Source of the DNA: Candidatus Oxydemutatoraceae bacterium
GTDB taxonomy: Bacteria > Pseudomonadota > Gammaproteobacteria > Poriferisulfidales > Oxydemutatoraceae
DNA: 64,000 bases
Reading direction: 5' to 3'
NCBI GenBank assembly: GCA_965220085.1
Contig: CBDCOZ010000003.1
Coordinates: 1,963,667-2,027,666, forward strand
Shown here: positions 20,038 through 30,694 of the stretch, in pieces
Layout of the letters: every line of letters begins with the position of its first letter
Position numbering within the stretch: position 1 is the stretch's first letter
Program-made: the position numbers and the translations under genes
The notes under the pieces: generated by a model
Told to the model about the DNA's origin: nothing
The model's input: only the letters and a program-made list of their open reading frames with translations
The model's database searches: none

Positions 20038-21876
20038 ATGCTTGCGACGACGGACACACAGCGGACATTAAAGGAACGTGTCAAAACACTGGGACACGAC
20101 CCGGGCGTGTACCGGATGCTGGATCGGCAAGGCACGATCATTTATGTCGGCAAGGCGCGCAATCTGAAAAAACGCGTCGGTTCGTACTTTAGCAAGAGCA
20201 AACTGAGTCCGAAGACGAAAGCGCTGATGGCGCAAACCCACGACATCGACTGCGTGATCACGCAGTCCGAAGTGGAAGCCTTGTTGCTTGAGAACAACCT
20301 GATAAAAAAGCACCGGCCGCGCTACAACGTATTCTTCCGCGACGACAAAAGCTACCCGTATATCCATATATCCGCCGACGAATTTCCGCGCGTGACCTTC
20401 TACCGCGGCAACCGCAAGAGCGCCGGTCGCTACTTCGGCCCCTACCCCAATGTGCTGGCGGTGCGTGAAACCTTGAACCTGTTGCAAAAATTATTCAAGT
20501 TGCGCCAGTGCAGAAATTCTTTTTTTAAAAACCGTTCGCGGCCCTGCCTTCAATATCAGATTAAACGTTGCGACGCCCCCTGTGTCGGCCTGACCGGCAC
20601 GGAGCATTACCGCGAACAGTTGTCACTTGCGGTCGAGTTGCTGTCCGGCAACAGCCGCAAGGTAATAGAAACCCTGATAAACAAAATGGAAACGGCGGCA
20701 AGCGATATGCAATACGAAGAAGCCGGCGCCCGCCGCGATCAAATCGCCCTGCTCAGAAAAGTATCCGAACAGCAATCGGTCAGCTCCGACGGCGGCGACA
20801 GCGACATTATCGCCTGCCGTTTTGAGGGGCGGTGTGCCTGCGTTCAGGTGTTCAATATCCGCGGCGGCTTAAACATCGGCAATAAAACTTTCTACCCGCA
20901 ACTGCCGGATAGCGATGTTGATGTCGGAATAATTCTGACAGCATTTACCGGACAATATTATCTGACCCACAAGCCGCCCGATGAGATTATCTTCAGCGAC
21001 AAACCGGCTGATGAGGCAACGCTGGCAGCGATGTTGAGTACAAAAGCGGGCAAAAATGTGAAGCTGACGAATACGCCGGCGGGCAAGAAGCGGCGCTGCC
21101 TGCTACTTGCAATCAAGAATACCGAAAACGCATTGAAAACACGCCTGACATCGCGCAAAGGGATACACGAACGATTGCAAAGCCTGCAAGAAGCGCTGGA
21201 TTTACCCGACCTGCCGCGACGCATTGAATGTTTTGATATCAGCCATACGATGGGCGAGAAAACAGTCGCCTCGTGTGTCGTGTTTGATCAGCAAGGTGCT
21301 AACAAACAGGAGTATCGCCGCTTTAACATCAGCGGGATCACGCCCGGCGATGATTGCGCCGCCATGCGTCAGGCGGTCACGCGCCGTTACCGGCGGCTCA
21401 AACGCGGCGAGGCAAAACTTCCCGATGTCCTGCTCATCGACGGCGGTAAAGCGCAAACCGGGGAAGCGAGGGCTGTTCTGAAAGAGTTGGAAATTGAAAA
21501 TGTTGAAGTGATCGGCGTAGCCAAGGGGGTAGAACGCAAGGCCGGTGAAGAGACACTGATTTGCGGGGATTTTGGCGAGACGATGAAACTGCCTCCCGAT
21601 TCTGCCGCCTTGCACCTGATTCAACAAATCCGCGATGAGGCACATCGCTTTGCCATCACCGGACACAAGCTGCGGCGGTCAAAGACGCGCAAAAGATCAA
21701 CGCTGGAAGATATTGCGGGCATCGGCCCGGGGCGGCGGCGCAACTTGCTTAAATACTTTGGCGGCGCGCAGGCGATTGAAGCGGCCGGCATAGACGAGAT
21801 CGGCAAAGTGCCGGGAATCAGCAAACGCATCGCCGGGCTGATTTACGAAGCGATGCACCGCAAGGAGACCGACTGA
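20038..21876 (+). CDS. uvrC: Excinuclease ABC subunit C
   Basis: GIY-YIG N-terminus (GVYRMLD…IIYVGKA), UvrBC domain, and C-terminal RNase H-like and HhH domains. Confidence 0.93.
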   Translation: MLATTDTQRTLKERVKTLGHDPGVYRMLDRQGTIIYVGKARNLKKRVGSYFSKSKLSPKTKALMAQTHDIDCVITQSEVEALLLENNLIKKHRPRYNVFFRDDKSYPYIHISADEFPRVTFYRGNRKSAGRYFGPYPNVLAVRETLNLLQKLFKLRQCRNSFFKNRSRPCLQYQIKRCDAPCVGLTGTEHYREQLSLAVELLSGNSRKVIETLINKMETAASDMQYEEAGARRDQIALLRKVSEQQSVSSDGGDSDIIACRFEGRCACVQVFNIRGGLNIGNKTFYPQLPDSDVDVGIILTAFTGQYYLTHKPPDEIIFSDKPADEATLAAMLSTKAGKNVKLTNTPAGKKRRCLLLAIKNTENALKTRLTSRKGIHERLQSLQEALDLPDLPRRIECFDISHTMGEKTVASCVVFDQQGANKQEYRRFNISGITPGDDCAAMRQAVTRRYRRLKRGEAKLPDVLLIDGGKAQTGEARAVLKELEIENVEVIGVAKGVERKAGEETLICGDFGETMKLPPDSAALHLIQQIRDEAHRFAITGHKLRRSKTRKRSTLEDIAGIGPGRRRNLLKYFGGAQAIEAAGIDEIGKVPGISKRIAGLIYEAMHRKETD

Positions 21877-22427
21877 TGCTGCCGACTGTCTTAACATTCA
21901 CACGCATCGCCGCAGTACTGCTGCTGGTAATCGTGTTTTACCTGCCCTTCTCACAGACACATTTGTGGTGTGCGATTATCTTTGCTTTCGCGATGCTTAC
22001 CGATGTGTTTGACGGCTACCTGGCGCGCAAATTCGATCAAGAGAGTTCGTTCGGCGCGTTTCTTGATCCGGTCGCCGACAAACTCATCGTCAGCGTTGCG
22101 ATCATCTTGTTGGTCAGCGCCAACCCGTCCGTCTTCGTCGTCTTGCCCTCGCTGGTGATCATCTGTCGCGAGATCACCATGCTGGCCTTGCGCGAATGGA
22201 TGGCCGGAATCGGACAACGCGAACTGGTCGCGGTCACGATGGTCGCAAAAATGAAAACAATCAGTCAGGCGATTGCGATCACGCTGATGTTCTATCGCGA
22301 GCCCATCGGCGAGTGGGACGTGTACCAAACCGGTTTGGCACTGCTGTACATCTCCGCGACCCTGACGCTGACATCCATGGCGACATACCTAAAGATTGTG
22401 TCAAAGAACGTGAAGTGGTCGGACTAG
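21876..22427 (+). CDS. pgsA: CDP-diacylglycerol–glycerol-3-phosphate 3-phosphatidyltransferase
   Basis: DVFDGYLAR…G..LDPVADK CDP-alcohol phosphatidyltransferase motif. Confidence 0.9.
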   Translation: MLPTVLTFTRIAAVLLLVIVFYLPFSQTHLWCAIIFAFAMLTDVFDGYLARKFDQESSFGAFLDPVADKLIVSVAIILLVSANPSVFVVLPSLVIICREITMLALREWMAGIGQRELVAVTMVAKMKTISQAIAITLMFYREPIGEWDVYQTGLALLYISATLTLTSMATYLKIVSKNVKWSD

Positions 22428-22446
22428 TGTTGAGCAAAAGAGAAGG

Positions 22447-22522
22447 TGGAGCGGGAAACGAGGTTCGAACTCGCGACCTCAACCTTGGCAAGGTTGCGCT
22501 CTGCCAGCTGAGCTATTCCCGC
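22447..22522 (-). tRNA. tRNA-Gly(GCC)
   Basis: A cloverleaf was folded by hand: acceptor GCGGGAA/TTCCCGC, anticodon loop TTGCCAA, encoded CCA. Confidence 0.9.
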
Positions 22523-22608
22523 GCCGTCGCCATATTCTATTGCTTCTTGCGCGTTTTTACCAGCCCATTCTCGTTTCCGCATGCCCGGCGCATATGCCGC
22601 CCCGCCTG

Positions 22609-23019
22609 ATGACCGACAAACGCGCGGATAAATATGGCTTGATTGCCGGCGCTGCCGTTTTGGGGCTGGTATCCGTCGTATACGACGCGCTTGGCAGCCA
22701 CTTGCTGGAACTATCCGCCAAGCAAGCCGGCAGCTTGGGTGTGGCCACCCACTATGGCATCGTCCATGCGGTGCTGATAATCGGACTGGCGCTGATGCGT
22801 TTTACCGATATGCCCGCTGCGGTTGTGAAAAGACTCTCCGTAGCGGGGACAATATTCTGTGTCGGTGCCATTCTATTCTCATTCAGTATCTATATCTCCG
22901 TCTCAACAGGAATACCGCAAGTGACCGCCATCACCCCGCTGGGAGGCATCGCACTGATGGGCGGGTGGCTCTCCCTGTTGTGGGTCGGCGCAGGTTTCAG
23001 AAAACGCAACGCCGGATAA
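22609..23019 (+). CDS. DUF423 family inner-membrane protein
   Basis: Four predicted TM helices and a YgdD-like sequence. Confidence 0.6.
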   Translation: MTDKRADKYGLIAGAAVLGLVSVVYDALGSHLLELSAKQAGSLGVATHYGIVHAVLIIGLALMRFTDMPAAVVKRLSVAGTIFCVGAILFSFSIYISVSTGIPQVTAITPLGGIALMGGWLSLLWVGAGFRKRNAG

Positions 23020-23144
23020 AGCCGGTGTCAGGCGGTTTATCCTGTTATGGGCCGATAGATATGCCGGCCGGTGTACTGATAAACAAGACAAGCTGCGATA
23101 AATACTGGATAATATGCGCTGCGGAAATAATATGCCGCAACATT

Positions 23145-23218
23145 GGCTAGTTGGCAGAGTGGTTATGCAGCGGCCTGCAAAGCCGTGGACGCCGGTTCGA
23201 TTCCGGCACTAGCCTCCA
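23145..23218 (+). tRNA. tRNA-Cys(GCA)
   Basis: Acceptor GGCTAGT/ACTAGCC, anticodon loop CTGCAAA, CCA encoded. Confidence 0.9.
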
Positions 23219-23219
23219 T

Positions 23220-23303
23220 GCCCGGGTGGCGGAATTGGTAGACGCAAGGGACTTAAAATCCCTCGGGCGTATGCCCGTGCCGGTTCGACTCCGGCCCCGG
23301 GCA
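23220..23303 (+). tRNA. tRNA-Leu(UAA)
   Basis: Long variable arm, anticodon loop CTTAAAA, acceptor GCCCGGG/CCCGGGC. Confidence 0.9.
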
Positions 23304-23431
23304 TTCCTTAAATGACGCACCCTCGTTAAGAAAGCAAAGCGCGAAACGCCTTGATATAAAAGTCATACGCTTGGCAATATACGCTAATAGATACATGTTA
23401 AAATAGCGCACCTTATGCCGGTTATCGACAG

Positions 23432-24400
23432 ATGGTACATCAAACAGAAATCAACAACCTGAAAGAGCAACTCACGCAACGCGTTGTCGGTCAGGAGCAG
23501 TTAGTCGAGCGGTTACTGATCGCGCTGTTAGCCGACGGGCATCTGCTCGTTGAAGGTGCGCCGGGGCTTGCGAAGACAAGAGTCATCCGGGTGCTTGGCG
23601 AGAGCATAGACGGCGATTTCTGCCGTATCCAATTTACTCCCGATCTGTTGCCGGCCGACTTGACGGGAACCGAGATATACCGCCCTCAGGATGGTAGCTT
23701 CACATTTCAACAAGGCCCTTTATTCCACAACATCATCCTTGCCGACGAGATTAATCGCGCACCGGCAAAAGTCCAATCGGCATTACTTGAAGCGATGGCG
23801 GAACGGCAGATAACGGTCGGCGGGCAAACATTCTCACTGCCGCAACTGTTTCTGGTGATGGCAACACAAAACCCGATTGAACAGGAGGGAACTTACCCTC
23901 TGCCGGAAGCGCAACTTGACCGTTTCCTGATGCACGTGACGGTGGATTACCCGTCGGTTGATCAGGAGCAGTCCATCCTCCGACTGGTGCGCGGCGAACA
24001 GCTTGAAGAAATGCAGAACACCGAGCAGACCATCAGCAAAATCTCCCAGCAAAGTATCTTTGATACACGCAAAGAGATTGTGAACCTGCATATGTCGGAC
24101 GAAATTGAACGCTACATCGTTGAGTTGGTACTGGCAACCCGCAATATGGCGGCTTACGGTGACGACATCGCCCATTGGTTGCAATACGGCGCCAGTCCGC
24201 GCGCGACCATAGCACTTGACCGCTGCGCACGCGCACACGCATGGCTCAATGAACGGGACTATGTCACGCCGCATGATGTGCAGGCAATCACGCCGGATGT
24301 AATGCGCCACCGCTTGATTCTGAATTACGAAGCGGAAGCCGAAGGCATTACAGCCGACAAAACAATATCGGAATTGATCAGCCGCATCGCGGTTCCTTAA
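23432..24400 (+). CDS. MoxR-family AAA+ ATPase
   Basis: Walker A GAPGLAKT, Walker B ILADEINRA, sensor regions. Confidence 0.9.
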   Translation: MVHQTEINNLKEQLTQRVVGQEQLVERLLIALLADGHLLVEGAPGLAKTRVIRVLGESIDGDFCRIQFTPDLLPADLTGTEIYRPQDGSFTFQQGPLFHNIILADEINRAPAKVQSALLEAMAERQITVGGQTFSLPQLFLVMATQNPIEQEGTYPLPEAQLDRFLMHVTVDYPSVDQEQSILRLVRGEQLEEMQNTEQTISKISQQSIFDTRKEIVNLHMSDEIERYIVELVLATRNMAAYGDDIAHWLQYGASPRATIALDRCARAHAWLNERDYVTPHDVQAITPDVMRHRLILNYEAEAEGITADKTISELISRIAVP

Positions 24401-24402
24401 CC

Positions 24403-25335
24403 ATGTCTGCCGATGCGGCCACAATACCGCAATCAACCGATAATGAGGCTGTCGCAGTCTCATCCACCTCGCTGATTGCATTGGCACACGCCGCGCGCGG
24501 GCTCTCGCTAAACCCCAAACAGATCCGCGCGCGCACCAGCGATACGATGCAATCCCGCTTCAAGGGTCGCGGCATGGAATATGACGAGTCGCGCCCTTAT
24601 CAACCGGGTGATGATGTGCGCCATCTGGATTGGCGCGTGACAGCGAGAAGCAATGCGACCTATACGAAAACATTTCAGGAAGAACGCGAACGACCGGTGT
24701 TCTTGTGGGTGGATAACCGCGGGCCGATGTTCTTTGCAACACGCGGCAAATTCAAATCGGTTGTTGCGGCGGAAATAGCGGCGCTGCTGGGTTGGAGCGC
24801 CACACACCGCGGCGATCGCGTCGGCGGCGCGGTATTTTTCGGTGAAGAACACCACGAGGTAAAGCCCATGCGCGGGCGACGCGGCATCCTGCGCTTGCTC
24901 CATTACCTGTCGCAACCGCCCCTTGACGGGATCAGTGACACAGCACTCGGCATACCGCTGAACAGAATGTCGCGCATCGCCCGCCCCGGCAGTCTGGTTA
25001 TCCTGATCAGCGACTTTCGCCAGTGCGATGAGCGGGCACAGACTAATCTGCGGCGCCTTGCGGCGCACAGCGAGTTGGTTATGCTTCAGGTGTATGACAC
25101 GCTCGAACAAGAACTGCCGCCGCCGGGGGATTATCGGGTCAGCGACGGGCGCAACGAGGTGCGGTTTGCTTCGCGCGATAGCGCCTTGCGCAAAACCTAT
25201 CGCGATGCGTTTGCGCAGCGCACGCAACTGACGATGAGTCTGGCAAAGAAACTGCGTTCTGCGTATCTTCGCTGTCGCACAAGCGATAATCCTCTGACCG
25301 TGTTGAAAGGAACGTTTGGAGCCCGCAGCCGATGA
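24403..25335 (+). CDS. DUF58 domain protein
   Basis: Partner of MoxR in Bat operons, with a VWA-like fold signature. Confidence 0.8.
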   Translation: MSADAATIPQSTDNEAVAVSSTSLIALAHAARGLSLNPKQIRARTSDTMQSRFKGRGMEYDESRPYQPGDDVRHLDWRVTARSNATYTKTFQEERERPVFLWVDNRGPMFFATRGKFKSVVAAEIAALLGWSATHRGDRVGGAVFFGEEHHEVKPMRGRRGILRLLHYLSQPPLDGISDTALGIPLNRMSRIARPGSLVILISDFRQCDERAQTNLRRLAAHSELVMLQVYDTLEQELPPPGDYRVSDGRNEVRFASRDSALRKTYRDAFAQRTQLTMSLAKKLRSAYLRCRTSDNPLTVLKGTFGARSR

Positions 25336-25791
25336 ACCCGGAAGCGATCGGCGAACTCCTTGCGCAACTGACGATGAGTCTGGCAAAGAAACTGCGTTCT
25401 GCTTATCTTCGGTGTCGCACAAGCGATAATCCTCTGACCGTGTTGAAAGGAACGTTTGGAGCCCGCAGCCGATGAACCCGGAAGCGATCGGCGAACTCCT
25501 TGCGCAACTGACGATGAGTCTGGCAAAGAAACTGCGTTCTGCTTATCTTCGGTGTCGCACAAGCGATAATCCTCTGACCGTGTTGAAAGGAACGTTTGGA
25601 GCCCGCAGCCGATGAACCCGGAAGCGATCGGCGAACTCCTTGCGCAACTGACGATGAGTCTGGCAAAGAAACTGCGTCCTGCTTATCTTCGGTGTCGCAC
25701 AAGCGATAATCCTCTGACCGTGTTGAAAGGAACGTTTGGAGCCCGCAGCCGATGAACCCGGAAGCGATTGGCGAACTCCTTGCGCAACTGC
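25221..25791 (+). repeat. 140-bp tandem array of 4 copies: the DUF58 3' end plus the DUF4381 5' end
   Basis: GCCCGCAGCCGATGAACCCG recurs at 25321, 25461, 25601 and 25741. Confidence 0.95.
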
Positions 25792-26267
25792 GCGATATTC
25801 GCTTGCCCGAACCTCCCGGTTGGTGGCCGCCGGCGCCCGGTTGGTGGATCCTGGCAGCGATACTGGCAGCGTCGATTGCGGGCGGTATCTGGCGGCGGCG
25901 GCAACACATCGCGCATATCAATTCGCCGCGCTATCTGGCGCTTGAGCAACTTGATATATTGCGCGCGCGCTATCGCGCGGACCATGATGCGCAGCGCTTG
26001 CTGGCAGACATCTCCGCTCTGATGCGGCGCGTCGCGCTGAGCATCGGGCCGCGACGGGAAGTCGCCTCGCTGACCGGCGAACAGTGGCTTGATTGGATTA
26101 ACAGACATACGAGCGGCGCGCCGCTTGATGAAAACATTGCGCGGACTCTGATCGATGCGCCGTATCGCCCGACGGCGCAAAGCGATGCCGAGGCGATACT
26201 GCGGGCGTGCGAAGAATGGGCCGAAGGGCTTGAGAGCAAGCGGGGGCAAAGCGATGCTGCACTTTGA
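25752..26267 (+). CDS. DUF4381 domain protein
   Basis: N-terminal LPEPPGWWPPAPGWW plus a TM helix. Confidence 0.7.
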   Translation: MNPEAIGELLAQLRDIRLPEPPGWWPPAPGWWILAAILAASIAGGIWRRRQHIAHINSPRYLALEQLDILRARYRADHDAQRLLADISALMRRVALSIGPRREVASLTGEQWLDWINRHTSGAPLDENIARTLIDAPYRPTAQSDAEAILRACEEWAEGLESKRGQSDAAL

Positions 26268-27243
26268 ATGGCTCTGGGTCTGGTTCCTGCTGCCGCTGCC
26301 GCTGTTGATACGCTGGCTGATGAAGCCGGCGCCGACGCATAGCCGCGCCGCTTTGCGTATTTCTTTCATCGACGATTTCTCATTCGGCGACACAGAACGC
26401 GGCGGCTTCGGCCCTGCGCACCGTTGGTTACTGATATCGGCGGGAGCGGCGTGGTTGCTTCTGGTCATCGCCGCCAGCCGTCCGCAGTGGGTCGATGAGA
26501 TTACCAAGATACAAGCGAGCGGTCGCGACTTGATGCTCGCAGTCGATATTTCCGGCAGCATGAAGACCGAAGATTTCGCATTGAACAATCGCCGCGCGAC
26601 GCGGCTGCAAGTCGCCCGTTCGGTGGCTGCCGATTTCATTAAGCAGCGCGAGGGAGACCGCATCGGCCTCATCGTTTTCGGCGCGGAACCGTACTTGCAG
26701 ATGCCGCTGAGTTTTGATTTGGAGACGGTGCGGGATATGCTCAACTCGACTTTTATCGGCCTCGCCGGCGAGAAGGCGACCGCGATAGGCGACTCTATCG
26801 GTCTGGCGATCAAACGCTTGCGCGCGTACGAGGAGAGCAACCGTGTGCTGATACTGCTGACCGACGGGATCAACAACGCCGGCAACATCAACCCGATGGA
26901 TGCCGCCGATGTCGCCGCGCAACAAGGCATGAAGATTTATACCATCGGCATCGGCTCGGTAGGGAGAAGCGTGTTCTCTCTGCAACCGGCGCCCGAACTG
27001 GACGAGGACACGCTGAAAAAGGTCGCACAAAAAACCGGCGGGCGGTATTTCCGCGCGACCAACACCAAAGAGCTCAGAGAAATCTACGCTATCTTGGACA
27101 AGTTGGAGGTGATAGAACGCGATCAAAAGACGGTCGCGCTCTATACCGAGTTGTACCCGTGGCCGTTGGCCCTGGCGGGTCTGATCGCGTTTCTGCTGTT
27201 GCTGGCCAATATATTGCAAAGGGGGCTGTCATGGAGTTCTTGA
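26254..27243 (+). CDS. batA: VWA-domain protein BatA
   Basis: Two N-terminal TM helices. MIDAS motif DISGSM…T…D. Confidence 0.85.
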   Translation: MLHFEWLWVWFLLPLPLLIRWLMKPAPTHSRAALRISFIDDFSFGDTERGGFGPAHRWLLISAGAAWLLLVIAASRPQWVDEITKIQASGRDLMLAVDISGSMKTEDFALNNRRATRLQVARSVAADFIKQREGDRIGLIVFGAEPYLQMPLSFDLETVRDMLNSTFIGLAGEKATAIGDSIGLAIKRLRAYEESNRVLILLTDGINNAGNINPMDAADVAAQQGMKIYTIGIGSVGRSVFSLQPAPELDEDTLKKVAQKTGGRYFRATNTKELREIYAILDKLEVIERDQKTVALYTELYPWPLALAGLIAFLLLLANILQRGLSWSS

Positions 27244-29030
27244 GCGATTTTCATTTTTTGCGGCCGTGGTGGTTTGTCGCCATCGTGCCGCTGGCTGTCG
27301 CGCTCTGGTTGCTCGCTAAGATGCAGTCGGGAGAGAAGAGTTGGGAGACGATCTGCGACCGCCACCTGCTGCCGCACATCCTGATCGGGCGCGATACGAC
27401 GAGCAGCAAAAAATTTATGCTCGCGCTTGCCGCCGCGATCGGCGCGGTATCCATTCTCGCCCTTGCCGGGCCCGCTGCGGAAAAACAACAGCAGCAGGTG
27501 TTTGAAAACGAATCCGCTCTGGTCGTCGTGTTTGACCTGTCGCGCTCGATGAATGCGGTGGACATACCGCCGAGCCGTCTGGTGCGCGCGCGGTATAAGA
27601 TCAGCGACCTGATCAATCGTTACCAAAGCGGCGGGCAGTTTGCGCTGGTGACGTATGCCGCCGATGCGTTTACTGTCATGCCGCTTACCGACGACACCGC
27701 GGCATTTGAAATGTACTTGTCGTCCCTGAATAGCGGTATGCTGCCGGAACAAGGCAGCCGCCCCGATCTGGCGCTGGAACATTCCGCCGCGCTGGTCGAG
27801 CAGGCCGGCTTGGAGCGGGGAGACATACTGCTGGTCAGCGATTATGTCGACAGCGACCGCAGTCACGCCATGGCCAAGGACCTGGCGCAGCGGGGATACC
27901 GCATTTCGGTACTCGGCGTCGGCAGCAAAGAAGGCGCGCCGATTCGGGTGAACGGCAACATCTTCACCCACAACGGCAAGACCGTCGTCGCGCATTTTGA
28001 TGCGGCGCCTTTGCGCGAACTTGCCAAGCTCGGCAACGGCATCTACAGGCAGTTAGACCCCACCGGCGAGAGCGATATCGCCGCGCTCAACGAGTTGTTT
28101 GAGTCCGCGCCGAAATTGCCGGCGGAAGACGGCTCATCGCAGGTGTTCGGCGAGGCCTGGAAAGAACAGGGGCCGTGGTTGGTGTTGCTGTTATTGCCGT
28201 TGGCGGCTCTCGGTTTCAGGCGCGGGCTCTTAGTCGCCGCGCTTGCTATCACGCTCCCTCTGCCACAACCGGCGACGGCCAACTGGTGGGATGATCTGTG
28301 GCAGCGCGGCGACCAGCAAGCGATGGAAGCATTTGAAAAGGGCGACACCGAGACCGCCGCCGAACTGTTTGATGACCCGAGGTGGCGGGCGGCGAGCAGT
28401 TTTCGCAGCGGCAATTATCGGCAGGCGCAACAGGCGCTTGAGAAACCGCAGAGCGCCGGCGACTGGTATAACCTTGGCAATGCGCAAGCGCACGGGGGTA
28501 ATTTTGAGGGGGCGATCAAATCGTACAAGCGCTCTATTGAGCTTGACCCTGCGATGGAAGATGCGCAACACAACATGGGCATCGTCAGACAGTTGTTGCA
28601 AGAGCAACAGGCGCAAGCCGGCGAAGGCGATGAGGAGGACGCCGAAGGAGAAGAAGCGGAAGGACAACAGGGCGAAGCCGAACAACAAGACGGTTCCGAG
28701 GCGGAACAGGCGGGGCAGGCGGACAGCTCCGGCGATGAAAACGATCCGGATGATGCTTCCGAGCAAGAAGCCGGCAAAGAGGAGCAAGAGCAGGCCGACT
28801 CCGGCGCGCAAGGAAACGAGGAGCAGGAACAGTCCGCCGCCGACGAGCAAGACGATGAGGAAGCGCAAACCGGCGCTAACGAGGGAGAGACGATGCCCGA
28901 GGACAAGCAGGCGATAGAACAGTGGTTGCGTCAGGTTGAGGACAATCCGTCGCGGATGTTGCAACGCAAGTTTCGTTATCAGCAGAGAAAGGAAAACAAA
29001 AATACCGAGGAGGGGGAAAACCCATGGTGA
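27231..29030 (+). CDS. batB: VWA plus TPR protein BatB, with a long acidic low-complexity tail
   Basis: DLSRSM MIDAS motif and TPR helices (DWYNLGNAQAHGGNFEGAIKSYKRSIELDP). Confidence 0.85.
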   Translation: MEFLSDFHFLRPWWFVAIVPLAVALWLLAKMQSGEKSWETICDRHLLPHILIGRDTTSSKKFMLALAAAIGAVSILALAGPAAEKQQQQVFENESALVVVFDLSRSMNAVDIPPSRLVRARYKISDLINRYQSGGQFALVTYAADAFTVMPLTDDTAAFEMYLSSLNSGMLPEQGSRPDLALEHSAALVEQAGLERGDILLVSDYVDSDRSHAMAKDLAQRGYRISVLGVGSKEGAPIRVNGNIFTHNGKTVVAHFDAAPLRELAKLGNGIYRQLDPTGESDIAALNELFESAPKLPAEDGSSQVFGEAWKEQGPWLVLLLLPLAALGFRRGLLVAALAITLPLPQPATANWWDDLWQRGDQQAMEAFEKGDTETAAELFDDPRWRAASSFRSGNYRQAQQALEKPQSAGDWYNLGNAQAHGGNFEGAIKSYKRSIELDPAMEDAQHNMGIVRQLLQEQQAQAGEGDEEDAEGEEAEGQQGEAEQQDGSEAEQAGQADSSGDENDPDDASEQEAGKEEQEQADSGAQGNEEQEQSAADEQDDEEAQTGANEGETMPEDKQAIEQWLRQVEDNPSRMLQRKFRYQQRKENKNTEEGENPW

Positions 29031-30694
29031 TGAGAGTTGCCCAAGCGGTCTTGATCGGCATATCGCTGCTCGCGGTCACGGCGATGGCGGCGGATGTGCG
29101 CACGGTCGTCAAACGCAACCAGATTGAGATCGGCGAATCGTTTCAGGTGGAATTCGTAAGCAACAAGAAAGACACGGGCGCGCCGGATTTTTCGCCGCTT
29201 AACAAAGACTTCCGGGTGTTGGGGAGGAATCAAAAATCCACGCAAAGCATCATCAACGGGGTCGTGAAAATAGAGAAGAAGTGGATCGTGGAGTTATCGC
29301 CCAAGCGCGCCGGGCGGCTGAAAATTCCGGCATTGAACTTTGGCAATGCGAAGAGCCGGGAAGCGTTTGTGCGGGTGAAAAAAGCAAAACCTGCGGCGCC
29401 CGGCAAGGCGGAGGACATCTTTATGGAGATGACAGCGCAACCCTTGTCGCCTTATGTGCAGGCGCAGGTTCTGGTCATTACGCGCCTGTATACGATCAAG
29501 AGCCTGCGCGGGTCGATCAGCGATATTGCGGCGGAAAGCGATGCCATCATAAAGAAGGTCGGCGATGCGAAGAACTACAGGAAGGCGCATCGCGGACGCA
29601 ACTACAACATACACGAAAACCGCTACTTCGTTTATCCGCAAAACAGCGGCGCTGTCAAGATCAAGCCGCCGCAACTGGACGCGCAGTACACCGAGCGGGG
29701 GCGGCGTTATACGGTGCGCAAATCGGCCGCGCCGGTGACCCTCAATGTGCGCCCGGCGCCCGCTTCTTTTACCGGCGTTGCGTGGCTGCCCGCCGAAAGG
29801 ATACGGCTGTCCGAAACGTGGTCGGAAGATTTGGCGTCCCTGCAGGCGGGCGCGCCGCTTGTGCGCACGATAGCCATCAAAGGGCGCGGCATTTCAAGCG
29901 CGCAGTTGCCGGAAATCAAACAGGATGAGGTCGATAATCTCCGGCTCTATCCCGAGCAGGCGACGCTCAAAGACAATACGGGGAATACGCTGGACTCGGA
30001 ACGCATCCAAAAGTTTGTGTTGATTCCGTCTCAGGCGGGGCAGTACAGGCTGCCGGAGATTCGCATCCCGTGGTGGAATACCAAAACCGATAAGACCGAA
30101 TATGCCACCTTGCCGGCGCGGACTCTGTCGGTTGAGGAAGCGGCGGCGGGGTTGATTATCACGCCCGAACCGGTTGTCGCATCGCAGCAAGCAGCGCCCG
30201 TCGGCGATAGCGACGACAGCAATCTGTGGGCGTGGGTCAGCGCTTTGATGTTGCTCGGGTGGAGCGCGACCGGCGCGCTGGTATGGAAACAGCGGGGCAT
30301 CGTCGCGGCTCATGCGGCTGCTGCGACCGATAACCGGCGCAAAGAGGAGAAGCAGGCGGCGAACTTGCGGCGCTGTCGCAGGCAGTTGGAAAAAGCATGC
30401 GCGAACGACGACCGCCTGGCAACCAGAAATACCATGTTGCGCTGGGCCAAACTGATGTGGCCCGACAGGGATACGAAGTCTCTCGGGCAGTTGGCGCTGT
30501 TGGCCGATGATGCCGCGCTGGTCGAAGAGATCAGGCGATTGGATGAGGCGCTTTATTCCGAGCACAGCGATTGGAGCGGCAAGGAGATGTGGACGGCGTT
30601 GCAAGCCTGCTCCGAAACCGCGAAGGAACGACCCGCCGGTCGGTTTGCCAGAAAAAAATCCGGCGGGCTGGCGGCGTTGCACAAACTGAAGTGA
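29024..30694 (+). CDS. batD: BatD family protein
   Basis: Signal peptide and C-terminal TM helix. Position in the operon. Confidence 0.75.
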   Translation: MVMRVAQAVLIGISLLAVTAMAADVRTVVKRNQIEIGESFQVEFVSNKKDTGAPDFSPLNKDFRVLGRNQKSTQSIINGVVKIEKKWIVELSPKRAGRLKIPALNFGNAKSREAFVRVKKAKPAAPGKAEDIFMEMTAQPLSPYVQAQVLVITRLYTIKSLRGSISDIAAESDAIIKKVGDAKNYRKAHRGRNYNIHENRYFVYPQNSGAVKIKPPQLDAQYTERGRRYTVRKSAAPVTLNVRPAPASFTGVAWLPAERIRLSETWSEDLASLQAGAPLVRTIAIKGRGISSAQLPEIKQDEVDNLRLYPEQATLKDNTGNTLDSERIQKFVLIPSQAGQYRLPEIRIPWWNTKTDKTEYATLPARTLSVEEAAAGLIITPEPVVASQQAAPVGDSDDSNLWAWVSALMLLGWSATGALVWKQRGIVAAHAAAATDNRRKEEKQAANLRRCRRQLEKACANDDRLATRNTMLRWAKLMWPDRDTKSLGQLALLADDAALVEEIRRLDEALYSEHSDWSGKEMWTALQACSETAKERPAGRFARKKSGGLAALHKLK

